A stretch of 64,000 bases of DNA, taken from a virus. The stretch spans positions 18,421 to 82,420 of the IMG/VR virus record IMGVR_UViG_3300010430_000018. One strand, written 5' to 3'. Below, piece by piece: positions 48,958 to 56,647 of the stretch; the first letter of the stretch is position 1; the number at the start of each line of letters is the position of its first letter. Below the pieces are notes generated by a model that searched no databases, had not been told where the DNA came from, and was given only the letters and a program-made list of their open reading frames with translations. The position numbers were made by a program, and so were the translations under genes.

Positions 48958-48969
48958 AATTAAGTGGAT

Positions 48970-49254
48970 TTAGTTGTAACTGTTTGCATACGCAAGAAAG
49001 TCCATTGTATGTTGTTCAGTCACTGTTATTAATTGATTTTGTTTTGCTACGAACCTAAGCTCCGGGTTATTCTCTAATTCTATTAAGAGATCTACTAACG
49101 ATGGAGAACCTAACTGTTCACGTTTTACACGACTATGATCCATATCTCCTGTAAAGAAGTTAACGAATAAGTCTTGTTCTCTGCTATATAAGACAATGCC
49201 TATAGCATTACCCCATGTAACGAATTGTTCTGGATTATTTACTTTGATTTTCAT
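48970..49254 (-). CDS. Hypothetical protein
   Basis: ORF track, 94 aa. Confidence 0.6.
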   Translation of the reverse strand: MKIKVNNPEQFVTWGNAIGIVLYSREQDLFVNFFTGDMDHSRVKREQLGSPSLVDLLIELENNPELRFVAKQNQLITVTEQHTMDFLAYANSYN

Positions 49255-49573
49255 ACTTGTTTTATTAAATGATTATTTGCAATATTGCGGGTACTATGCC
49301 TATTATCCTATAGAGGAAGAGACAAACTAACACTAATAACTAGAGTGCTTATCCTATTTTCAAAGCCTTTCTCTAGTTATACTTGTGTTAGCTATATATA
49401 TAATTATACGTACCTTTAGTTTTTTAGTGGTGGTAATAAGTGGGTTTTTGTGGGTTATAAGACCTCACCTTTAGTGTGACACACACATATTTTATTATTT
49501 TACCACAATAATTGGTAACAATAGTACAATATATGGCTGGGGAGCAGAAGAAATAAAGAATAAGAGCAGATAG

Positions 49574-49622
49574 TAGTTAGTAACTGTATATATTAGTTAG
49601 TAACTGCAATGTATTGTTAGTA
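49574..49622. repeat. 20-bp-period direct repeat
   Basis: TAGTTAGTAACTG at 49574 and 49594, and a partial copy TTGTTAGTA at 49614. Confidence 0.7.
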
Positions 49623-49852
49623 TAAAAAGAATAGTAGTCAATCCCCGCTCTTCATTTGACTTTAATACTAATTTTACGGACATTATAATGCTGTCCTAAA
49701 AGTATCAGGCATAGAGTGCACTTCTATGTTTATACTATTCTTGTTATGCTCTGTTCTTAGATAAAAAAATTGACACTCGTTGGTTATCCTTAGCCTGATG
49801 TCCATTGAGTATGTAGGCATTATCCCACAAGGCAAACTGTGTCAATTAATTA

Positions 49853-49876
49853 AAGGAGTGCTGTTACACACTCCTT
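49853..49876 (-). terminator. Hairpin just after the 49886..50215 gene
   Basis: AAGGAGTG-8 nt-CACTCCTT with a GTAA loop on the minus strand. Confidence 0.6.
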
Positions 49877-49885
49877 GTTCTTAGA

Positions 49886-50215
49886 TTAGGCTTGTTCAAC
49901 CCAACGCAAGTTTGTTTCTTCCCCTGTGTTTAAATCAATCACAGGATTGTCACTTAGCTGAAAGCCTTTCATTTCATCTCCTGCATTAAGCTTACTTTGT
50001 AGAGCTTTAATTGTTGGATGTTTAGCGTTCATTACTTTATTAGTTTCAGGGTCTATAAGAGATAGAACGCCAAAGGTTATGTTACCTTGAGTTCTTGTTC
50101 CTACTTTCATTCCTGCTAATTCTCCAACCTTGCTTGAGATAGGTTGGTCTGTTACGATGATAGTAGCTGTTCCTGTACTATCATTTACTCTTAATTTTCT
50201 AAAAAATACTGACAT
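49886..50215 (-). CDS. First gene of the minus-strand (early) block, hypothetical
   Basis: Likely start MSVFFRK after an A/T-rich leader; the ORF-track extension to 50380 looks spurious. Confidence 0.65.
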   Translation of the reverse strand: MSVFFRKLRVNDSTGTATIIVTDQPISSKVGELAGMKVGTRTQGNITFGVLSLIDPETNKVMNAKHPTIKALQSKLNAGDEMKGFQLSDNPVIDLNTGEETNLRWVEQA

Positions 50216-50449
50216 AATTATTATATTTAAATTAATACTTGTTAAAGCAACGGGGGGTATCCCCGTGCCAATTTTTAGCTGGGGATCAGATTGGTAGAAC
50301 CTCTTAAGCACGCCAAACACATAACTTTTAGGGGGGCGTGAGCAAATTTTACATGAGGCGGGGCATATGTTCTGACTCAAAAATTTTTATAGAAATTTTA
50401 AATTTAGTATATTGTTCTTATAGAAGAGTTACTAACTTAAATAAATGTT

Positions 50450-50758
50450 ATGGCAGAATCTAATGAGTCAGATGATATAATGGGTAAAATACAACAGCAG
50501 CAGTTGGATGATATATTACTAGACCAAGCGTATAATAATTCGTGGCTTATACTTTCGGGGCAAATCACTTTTGATGAATTGATACAACATGAGTTTAATA
50601 GTGGTAAAGAATTTATAATGTCTTATGATCCGGACAACGGACCCAAAGAGGAAGAATTAGAAAATATGATAGCGTACTATATAGATACTGAGGACTATGA
50701 GAAATGTGCAAAGCTTCAAAGTATATTAGATAATGCTTATCCAAAAACAACAGCATAA
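50450..50758 (+). CDS. UVR (UvrB/UvrC) motif protein
   Basis: C-terminal EDYEKCAKLQ. Confidence 0.65.
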   Translation: MAESNESDDIMGKIQQQQLDDILLDQAYNNSWLILSGQITFDELIQHEFNSGKEFIMSYDPDNGPKEEELENMIAYYIDTEDYEKCAKLQSILDNAYPKTTA

Positions 50759-50961
50759 TGGCACTAAAGAAATCAAGTAAAAAGAAAAGTACAGTTAATA
50801 GTAGTGGCAATTACACTAAACCTACAATGCGTAAAAGATTGTTTAATTCAATTAAAGCAGGAAGTAAGGGTGGACGTGCTGGTCAATGGTCTGCTCGTAA
50901 AGCTCAAATGCTCGCAAAACGTTATAAAGCAAACGGAGGAGGATATAAAACAAAGAAATAA
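50758..50961 (+). CDS. Small basic protein (DUF5872-like)
   Basis: NYTKP.MRKR...GGRAGQWSARKAQ...YK..GGGY. Confidence 0.7.
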   Translation: MALKKSSKKKSTVNSSGNYTKPTMRKRLFNSIKAGSKGGRAGQWSARKAQMLAKRYKANGGGYKTKK

Positions 50962-51080
50962 TGGATGCAAAAAAATTAAAAGAAATATCAAGCCAATTAA
51001 AAAAGGCATCTGCTATGCATAAAGGGCAAGCAGCTAAAATTGACAGATTAATTAAGTCAATGTCAAAAAAGAAAAAATGA
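50961..51080 (+). CDS. Small basic protein (39 aa)
   Basis: MDAKKLKEISSQLKKASAMHKGQAAKIDRLIKSMSKKKK; translationally coupled. Confidence 0.55.
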   Translation: MDAKKLKEISSQLKKASAMHKGQAAKIDRLIKSMSKKKK

Positions 51081-51196
51081 TTAAGTTTATAAAAGATAAA
51101 ATTAAACGTTTTAGATTTACATACAATACTCTTATGAGAATTAATCTTGGTCAACTAAGAATAACTAAGAAAGGAAAAGTAAAAAAAAATGAATAA
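51077..51196 (+). CDS. Small basic protein (39 aa)
   Basis: MIKFIKDKIKRFRF...; ATGA overlap. Confidence 0.45.
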   Translation: MIKFIKDKIKRFRFTYNTLMRINLGQLRITKKGKVKKNE

Positions 51197-51374
51197 AAAA
51201 ATTATTTCAATAATGTTATGTTGTATGTTATTATTTACTTGTGGTTCATCCAAACCTTCACTAGAAAAAGATGAACAAAAAAAAGAAGTGGTATATGATA
51301 ATGATGATCCATTAATGAATTTACTTTTATCAGCTTTAGTTATTTATTCAATAAAAATATTATTTGCAAGATAA
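51189..51374 (+). CDS. Small lipoprotein with C-terminal TM
   Basis: LFT-C-GSS lipobox and a hydrophobic C-terminus. Confidence 0.55.
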   Translation: MNKKIISIMLCCMLLFTCGSSKPSLEKDEQKKEVVYDNDDPLMNLLLSALVIYSIKILFAR

Positions 51375-51616
51375 TGGCAAAAACTAAACAACAAAAAAGT
51401 CTTACTAGATGGACTAAGCAGAAGTGGAGAACACCAAGTGGAAAGAAAAGTTCTGTAACTGGTGAAGTGTATGCACCATCTAAAACTATTTCAAAGTTAA
51501 AGAGTACAAAAAAAGGAAAAGCTAAATTAGCTGCAGCAAATAAAAAGAAACGTGCTGCCACTAAAAAAGGCAAACAACATGCTAAACACGGATTGCATAA
51601 AGGTAAAAAAAGATAG
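51374..51616 (+). CDS. Small basic protein
   Basis: Q.SL..WTKQKWRT.SGK.S..TGE.Y.P. Confidence 0.7.
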   Translation: MAKTKQQKSLTRWTKQKWRTPSGKKSSVTGEVYAPSKTISKLKSTKKGKAKLAAANKKKRAATKKGKQHAKHGLHKGKKR

Positions 51617-51625
51617 ATTAATAAT

Positions 51626-51952
51626 ATGGCTAGAATACCAATATATCAAAAACAATTTGTAACATTAACACAGGCAACATTACAACCTGCTGCAGGAATA
51701 GCTGGTCAGGTACAAACAGATATATATGGGGTGCCCATTGCTCCAAAAATAACAACACAACCATTATATATAGATGCCACACAAATTATAGGTGTTACAG
51801 AATATTATGACATACCTACAACTACATATTTAGATTTAAGATATATATATACTGGTGTTGGTTTATTACCAATTATTGTTACGCAAACATATGCAGAAAT
51901 AAAAACAATATTAGATGGTATAGATTGTGATGATCTATGTACTGACTCATAA
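51626..51952 (+). CDS. Hypothetical (possibly structural) protein
   Basis: ORF track, 108 aa. Confidence 0.6.
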   Translation: MARIPIYQKQFVTLTQATLQPAAGIAGQVQTDIYGVPIAPKITTQPLYIDATQIIGVTEYYDIPTTTYLDLRYIYTGVGLLPIIVTQTYAEIKTILDGIDCDDLCTDS

Positions 51953-51962
51953 AATAAAAAAC

Positions 51963-52253
51963 ATGGCAAAGAAAAAAGATAGTAGATTAACAAGAGCAGG
52001 TGTGTCAGGTTATAATAAACCTAAACGCACACCATCACATCCAAAAAAGTCACATGTAGTTGTGGCTAAAGTAGGAGATAAAGTTAAAACAATACGTTTT
52101 GGAGAGCAAGGTGCTAGTACAGCAGGCAAACCTAAAGCAGGTGAATCAGCTAGAATGAAAGCAAAACGTAAATCTTTTAAAGCAAGACATGGTAAAAATA
52201 TTAAAAAAGGTAAAATGTCTGCTGCATATTGGGCTGATAAAGTAAAATGGTAG
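51963..52253 (+). CDS. Small basic protein (DUF6321-like)
   Basis: KTIRFG.QG...RKSFKARH...SAAYWA...W; start MAKKK. Confidence 0.7.
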   Translation: MAKKKDSRLTRAGVSGYNKPKRTPSHPKKSHVVVAKVGDKVKTIRFGEQGASTAGKPKAGESARMKAKRKSFKARHGKNIKKGKMSAAYWADKVKW

Positions 52254-52393
52254 ATCAATTAATAAAAAGTGCGTCAGAACACGGTCAAGAAAGTAAATTG
52301 ATTGAAGAAGTAAATAGATTAAAAGCAAATAATCCAGATAAGTCAGATAATACTTTATATAATTTAGCTTATCAAATAGTTATGAAGACATGA
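52247..52393 (+). CDS. Hypothetical protein (48 aa)
   Basis: Fills the gap between neighbours with overlaps on both sides. Confidence 0.45.
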   Translation: MVDQLIKSASEHGQESKLIEEVNRLKANNPDKSDNTLYNLAYQIVMKT

Positions 52394-52632
52394 CAGAGTC
52401 AAGTATTAAAAAATTAGGATTTAAAAAGGTACATGTAAGTGCTGATGAAAGTGGGGATACACCATTTTATTTTTATACTTATAGAGTGGGCGGTATTGAA
52501 TTAATATCTAATAGTCATGATAATCTTCAAGATGAATCATGGATAGTTGAAATATTGGAAGGAAATATACAATTTAACAATATATCTGATGTCAAAGAGT
52601 TGTTAATTATTCTTGAAAGAAATAAATTATAA
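52390..52632 (+). CDS. Hypothetical protein
   Basis: ORF track, 80 aa. Confidence 0.55.
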   Translation: MTESSIKKLGFKKVHVSADESGDTPFYFYTYRVGGIELISNSHDNLQDESWIVEILEGNIQFNNISDVKELLIILERNKL

Positions 52633-52695
52633 TAAACTTTTTTAATTTAAACATTTTTTATATATATTTGTTATTATTAACATAAATTTATAAAA

Positions 52696-52995
52696 ATGGA
52701 AAATACAAAAACCAATCCTGAGTTATCTGAAAAAAATCCACAGCTAACTAAAGAACAACTTGCAGAACGTAGAGAAGAAATAACTGCATTCTACAAAGAC
52801 AACATTCCACATTTAGAAGTACAAGCTGATTATGAAATGCTTTTATCTGCAATTGAAAAAGCTAGAGCAGAACGTATGCAAGCTCAAATGTACATGGCAC
52901 AACAATATGCTGCACAAAAAGAAGGAGGTCAACCATCAACTCCTGAAGCAGATGAATTTAAAGCTGCTATGGATAATGCAATGAATCCTTCATAG
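52696..52995 (+). CDS. Hypothetical coiled-coil protein
   Basis: ORF track; TATATTTG upstream at 52663-52670. Confidence 0.65.
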   Translation: MENTKTNPELSEKNPQLTKEQLAERREEITAFYKDNIPHLEVQADYEMLLSAIEKARAERMQAQMYMAQQYAAQKEGGQPSTPEADEFKAAMDNAMNPS

Positions 52996-52996
52996 T

Positions 52997-53917
52997 ATGA
53001 AGATGTTAAAAGTAGGATCATCTGGTCCTAACGTAGTTGTACTTCAAAACAAATTAGGGATAAAAGCTGATGGTATCTTTGGCCCTAATACTGAAAAACA
53101 TGTAGATAGATTTCAACTTACACATAATTTACCTGTTACAGGTATAGTAGATAATGATATGTGGTCATTGTTAATGAATTTACAATTGACTAGACCGGAA
53201 GAAATTGATGAAGATACTGACTTACAAGGTCAGTATTATAAAACAAATTTTGATCAAACAATACATAAACATTATTTACCTAAAGGAGAATATATTAATG
53301 GACCTATAGTCAATGAATATATTTTTTTACACCATACTGCTGGTCATGCCAATCCTCATGCATGTATAGATATGTGGGGTAGAGATTCACGTGGGCGTAT
53401 AGCAACTGAATTTGTATTAGGTGGTATTGATCATAGAAATGGAAATAATGAACATGATGGTACTTTAGTTCAAGCTTTTCCTACAGGTGCACAAGGTTGG
53501 CATTTAGGTAAAACAGGATCAGGTTGGATGAACCGTCATTCAGTTGGTATAGAGATTTGTTCTATGGGGTATTTAACTCATGATAATAGAACATATGTAA
53601 ATTCACTATGTCAAGAAAATCAAGTTACTTTATTAAACGAACCATTTAATGGACATAATAAGTTTCATAGTTACTCAGAAGCTCAAATAAAAGCAACAGA
53701 GAAATGGATAAGGTATATAGGTGAAAGAGATCAAATTGACATTAGATTAGGATTAAAACAATTTATACAAAAGCATGGACCTACTAAAGGATTTGGATTT
53801 CAAAAAGATGCATATTTAGGTAATGTAAAAGGATTATTAACACATACAAATGTTAGGAAAGATAAAACTGATTGTTATCCTCATCCTGATTTAGTTGATA
53901 TGATATTAAGTTTATGA
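52997..53917 (+). CDS. Endolysin: PG-binding domain plus N-acetylmuramoyl-L-alanine amidase
   Basis: DGIFGP.T...FQ, LHHTAG, WH.G, GIEI and H.NVR.DK.D. Confidence 0.88.
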   Translation: MKMLKVGSSGPNVVVLQNKLGIKADGIFGPNTEKHVDRFQLTHNLPVTGIVDNDMWSLLMNLQLTRPEEIDEDTDLQGQYYKTNFDQTIHKHYLPKGEYINGPIVNEYIFLHHTAGHANPHACIDMWGRDSRGRIATEFVLGGIDHRNGNNEHDGTLVQAFPTGAQGWHLGKTGSGWMNRHSVGIEICSMGYLTHDNRTYVNSLCQENQVTLLNEPFNGHNKFHSYSEAQIKATEKWIRYIGERDQIDIRLGLKQFIQKHGPTKGFGFQKDAYLGNVKGLLTHTNVRKDKTDCYPHPDLVDMILSL

Positions 53918-53918
53918 T

Positions 53919-54290
53919 ATGGCATTAGTTAATAAAGTTGATTTAAAAATGAAAGTTGATATGGATATAAGTATTCAATATCAAATTATGACATATTGTT
54001 TTTTTAATAATATACTTATTAGTAATTCAGATCTAAAATTTTTAGCAGAACTATCAAAAAATAAAGATATAGAGTTAACTAAATTTTGTTTGAAACTTGT
54101 ACAAGATGGTGTTTTTAAAAGTCCTCAATCTGCTAGAAATGCAATTACAAAAGCTGAAAGAAAAAGTTTATTAATTAAAAAAGGTAATAATAAAAAAACA
54201 ATAGCTCTTCAAAAGAATATTAGTGTTCAAACAGAAGGGTTGGTTTTGCTTGATTATAAAATATTAGGTAGTGAATCCAAAGAGCCATAA
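53919..54290 (+). CDS. Putative HTH DNA-binding protein
   Basis: S.QSARNAI.K.....L; adjacent to the IHF-like gene. Confidence 0.5.
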   Translation: MALVNKVDLKMKVDMDISIQYQIMTYCFFNNILISNSDLKFLAELSKNKDIELTKFCLKLVQDGVFKSPQSARNAITKAERKSLLIKKGNNKKTIALQKNISVQTEGLVLLDYKILGSESKEP

Positions 54291-54627
54291 AGATATTAAA
54301 AAAGGTATTGCAGATGAAGTTGGTGTACATAATACAGTTGTAGATGAATTTATAACTTTTTATTATGCTAAGCTTAGAAAGAAATTATCTAATTTAAATT
54401 ACCCAAGAATACAAGTAGATGGTTTAGGAACTTTTTATTTAAGAAAAAACAAACTTGAAAAAGCAATTAAAAAGAATAAAAGTATTTTAGGTAATTTAGC
54501 TAAAAGAACTTATGTAGGATTTGCAAAAAGTGAAGAAATTAATAAAAATGTTGAACAAATGGAATCAGCACTACAACAAATGGAAAAAGATATATTAAAT
54601 AAAAAGAAATTTAAGAATGAAAAGTAA
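54271..54627 (+). CDS. IHF/HU-like DNA-binding protein
   Basis: IA.EVGV....V..FI...RIQVDGLGTFY. Confidence 0.75.
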   Translation: MNPKSHKDIKKGIADEVGVHNTVVDEFITFYYAKLRKKLSNLNYPRIQVDGLGTFYLRKNKLEKAIKKNKSILGNLAKRTYVGFAKSEEINKNVEQMESALQQMEKDILNKKKFKNEK

Positions 54628-54949
54628 GTGGAAAAAATATTTAGATATATTTAAAAATGCTGATAAAATTGCTGATGGCATTGCTAACTCACTTTTTAAA
54701 AAAGAACATGTTGAAGCTATAGCTACAGCTAGATATCAAATATGTATAAAATGTTCACTCTTTGATGCACAAGGTAATGATTGTGTTGCTCCAGGAACAC
54801 AACCATGTTGTTCAGATTGCGGTTGTAGTTTAGGATTTAAAGTGAGATCATTAGCATCTGAATGCCCTAAAGGTTTTTGGGATGCAGTGACATCAGAAGA
54901 ACAAGAAGAATTAATTAATAATCAAATAGAAAACAATGGTACAGATTAA
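54617..54949 (+). CDS. Cys-rich metal-binding protein
   Basis: R..IC..C...C...CC..CGC...K.R.....CP...W. Confidence 0.7.
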   Translation: MKSKWKKYLDIFKNADKIADGIANSLFKKEHVEAIATARYQICIKCSLFDAQGNDCVAPGTQPCCSDCGCSLGFKVRSLASECPKGFWDAVTSEEQEELINNQIENNGTD

Positions 54950-55029
54950 TTATTACATAAACAATGAAGTAACAACAGTATACACCAATCAAGAGAATCA
55001 ATTGTGGTATACTACAATAGTATAATATT

Positions 55030-55845
55030 ATGGCAATAAAATTTCAAGAAGAAGGTCATGTATATGAAAGTATAGATGGTGACAATATTCAATGGACTGG
55101 AGTAACAACTTTTATAGGTAAATTTAAACCAAAATTTGATAGAGATGGTCAAGCTAAGAAATCATCAAAGAATAGAAGGTCTAAGTGGTATGGTATGACA
55201 CCTAAAGAAATTATTGCAGCATGGGATGGTGAAACTGAAAGAGCTATTACATTAGGTAATTTTTATCATAATCAAAGAGAAGCAGATATGCTTGACTTCA
55301 AGACTATTGAACGCAATGGTATAGAAATACCTATTATTAAACCAATAATAGATGATAATGGTATTAAAGTTTCTCCAAATCAAAAACTAGAAAATGGATT
55401 ATACCCTGAACATTTGGTTTATTTAAAGTCTGTTGGTTTATGTGGTCAAGCAGATGTTGTAGAAGTAGTAGATGGAGTGATAAATATAAATGATTATAAA
55501 ACAAATAAAGAAATAAAAGAAAAAGGTTTTACAAATTGGGAAGGTATAACAAACAAAATGTATAATCCAATAAGTCATTTAGATGATTGTAATCTTAATC
55601 ATTATAATTTACAATTAAGTATATATATGTATATTATTAAAAAGCATAACCCTAAACTCAAAATTGGTAAAATGACAATTCAACATGTTAAGTTTAAACA
55701 AGTTGGAGAAGATAAATTTGGTTATCCAATTAATGAACATGTCAATGGTGAACCTGTATTAGATACAATTAAAATTTATGAACTACCATATTTAAAAGAT
55801 GAAGTAATGTCTTTGATGATGTGGATAAAAGATAACAAATCATGA
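55030..55845 (+). CDS. PD-(D/E)xK nuclease (Cas4/RecB-like)
   Basis: H.Y, G..FH, GQAD...INDYKT and Y.LQLS.Y. Confidence 0.85.
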   Translation: MAIKFQEEGHVYESIDGDNIQWTGVTTFIGKFKPKFDRDGQAKKSSKNRRSKWYGMTPKEIIAAWDGETERAITLGNFYHNQREADMLDFKTIERNGIEIPIIKPIIDDNGIKVSPNQKLENGLYPEHLVYLKSVGLCGQADVVEVVDGVININDYKTNKEIKEKGFTNWEGITNKMYNPISHLDDCNLNHYNLQLSIYMYIIKKHNPKLKIGKMTIQHVKFKQVGEDKFGYPINEHVNGEPVLDTIKIYELPYLKDEVMSLMMWIKDNKS

Positions 55846-56360
55846 TAGTAAGATTATTTGATATAGAAAATAGTAATTTAGTAATAACAGAACATTGTCA
55901 TGCATTACCTTTTCTTAAAAAAATTATGGAAGAATATCCAGACACTTATATGTCCATCTATAAATATTTATTTTACATGACATGTCCTAATCCAGATTTA
56001 AATCCTTTTTTTAATTTACCTGAACATGAAAAGGAAGATATTATTATTGAAGAGATTGAGCTTGAAGAATCAACTGAAGATCCTCCAATTAGATATGCTA
56101 AGGCAATGTGTGAAAAATTATATCAAACACCAACTTATAGGGCATATGTGGGTATTAAATCTATGTTAGATAGATTAGCAAAATATATGGAAGTAACAGC
56201 TATTGAACATGGTAGAGATGGAAATATAAATTCAATGGTAAATGCTGCTGCAAAATTTGAATCAATTAGACAATCATATAAAGGAGCATTTACAGATATG
56301 AGACAAGAACAAGACAGCTCTGTGCGTGGTGGTGCAGGTTTAGCTTATGACCAATTATAA
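55842..56360 (+). CDS. Conserved hypothetical protein (candidate terminase small subunit)
   Basis: Helical protein upstream of TerL, ending in VRGG. Confidence 0.45.
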   Translation: MIVRLFDIENSNLVITEHCHALPFLKKIMEEYPDTYMSIYKYLFYMTCPNPDLNPFFNLPEHEKEDIIIEEIELEESTEDPPIRYAKAMCEKLYQTPTYRAYVGIKSMLDRLAKYMEVTAIEHGRDGNINSMVNAAAKFESIRQSYKGAFTDMRQEQDSSVRGGAGLAYDQL

Positions 56361-56371
56361 AATCAACAATT

Positions 56372-56647
56372 ATGGCAGAAAAAATTATTCCAGTAGGACA
56401 AAAATTATTAATCAAAGAAATAAAGGCAGAAACTAAAACTGCATCAGGACTTATTATTCCAGAAATAGCACAAAAAATAACTTATAGAGGTAGAGTTGTT
56501 GGAATAGGTGATTCTGTAAAAGAAATAAAAATTGGAGATGTGGTGCAATATGCTGAACATGCTATGCCAACTCCAATGAAACATGATGGGCAAGAACACC
56601 TATTATTGCAAGTAGGGGACGTATATGCCATCATAAGAGATGAGTAG
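56372..56647 (+). CDS. groES: Co-chaperonin GroES-like
   Basis: P.G.K.LI, mobile loop KTASGLIIP, G.VV.IG and IKIGD.V.Y. Confidence 0.9.
   Translation: MAEKIIPVGQKLLIKEIKAETKTASGLIIPEIAQKITYRGRVVGIGDSVKEIKIGDVVQYAEHAMPTPMKHDGQEHLLLQVGDVYAIIRDE

Noticed and set aside
49440-49830. DnaA boxes for the DnaA-like protein
   Set aside because: Only imperfect matches to TTATCCACA (e.g. TTATCCCAC, TTTACCACA).
49777-49840. Hammerhead ribozyme (CTGATG...GCAAAC)
   Set aside because: The core should be CUGANGA...GAAA; both halves deviate.
50216-50380. Cys-rich N-terminal extension of ORF 49886..50380
   Set aside because: It spans the GC-rich hairpin region; the ATG at 50215 has the typical A/T-rich leader.
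55030-55845. CRISPR-associated Cas4
   Set aside because: No four-Cys Fe-S motif and no array or other cas genes; a generic PD-(D/E)xK nuclease.
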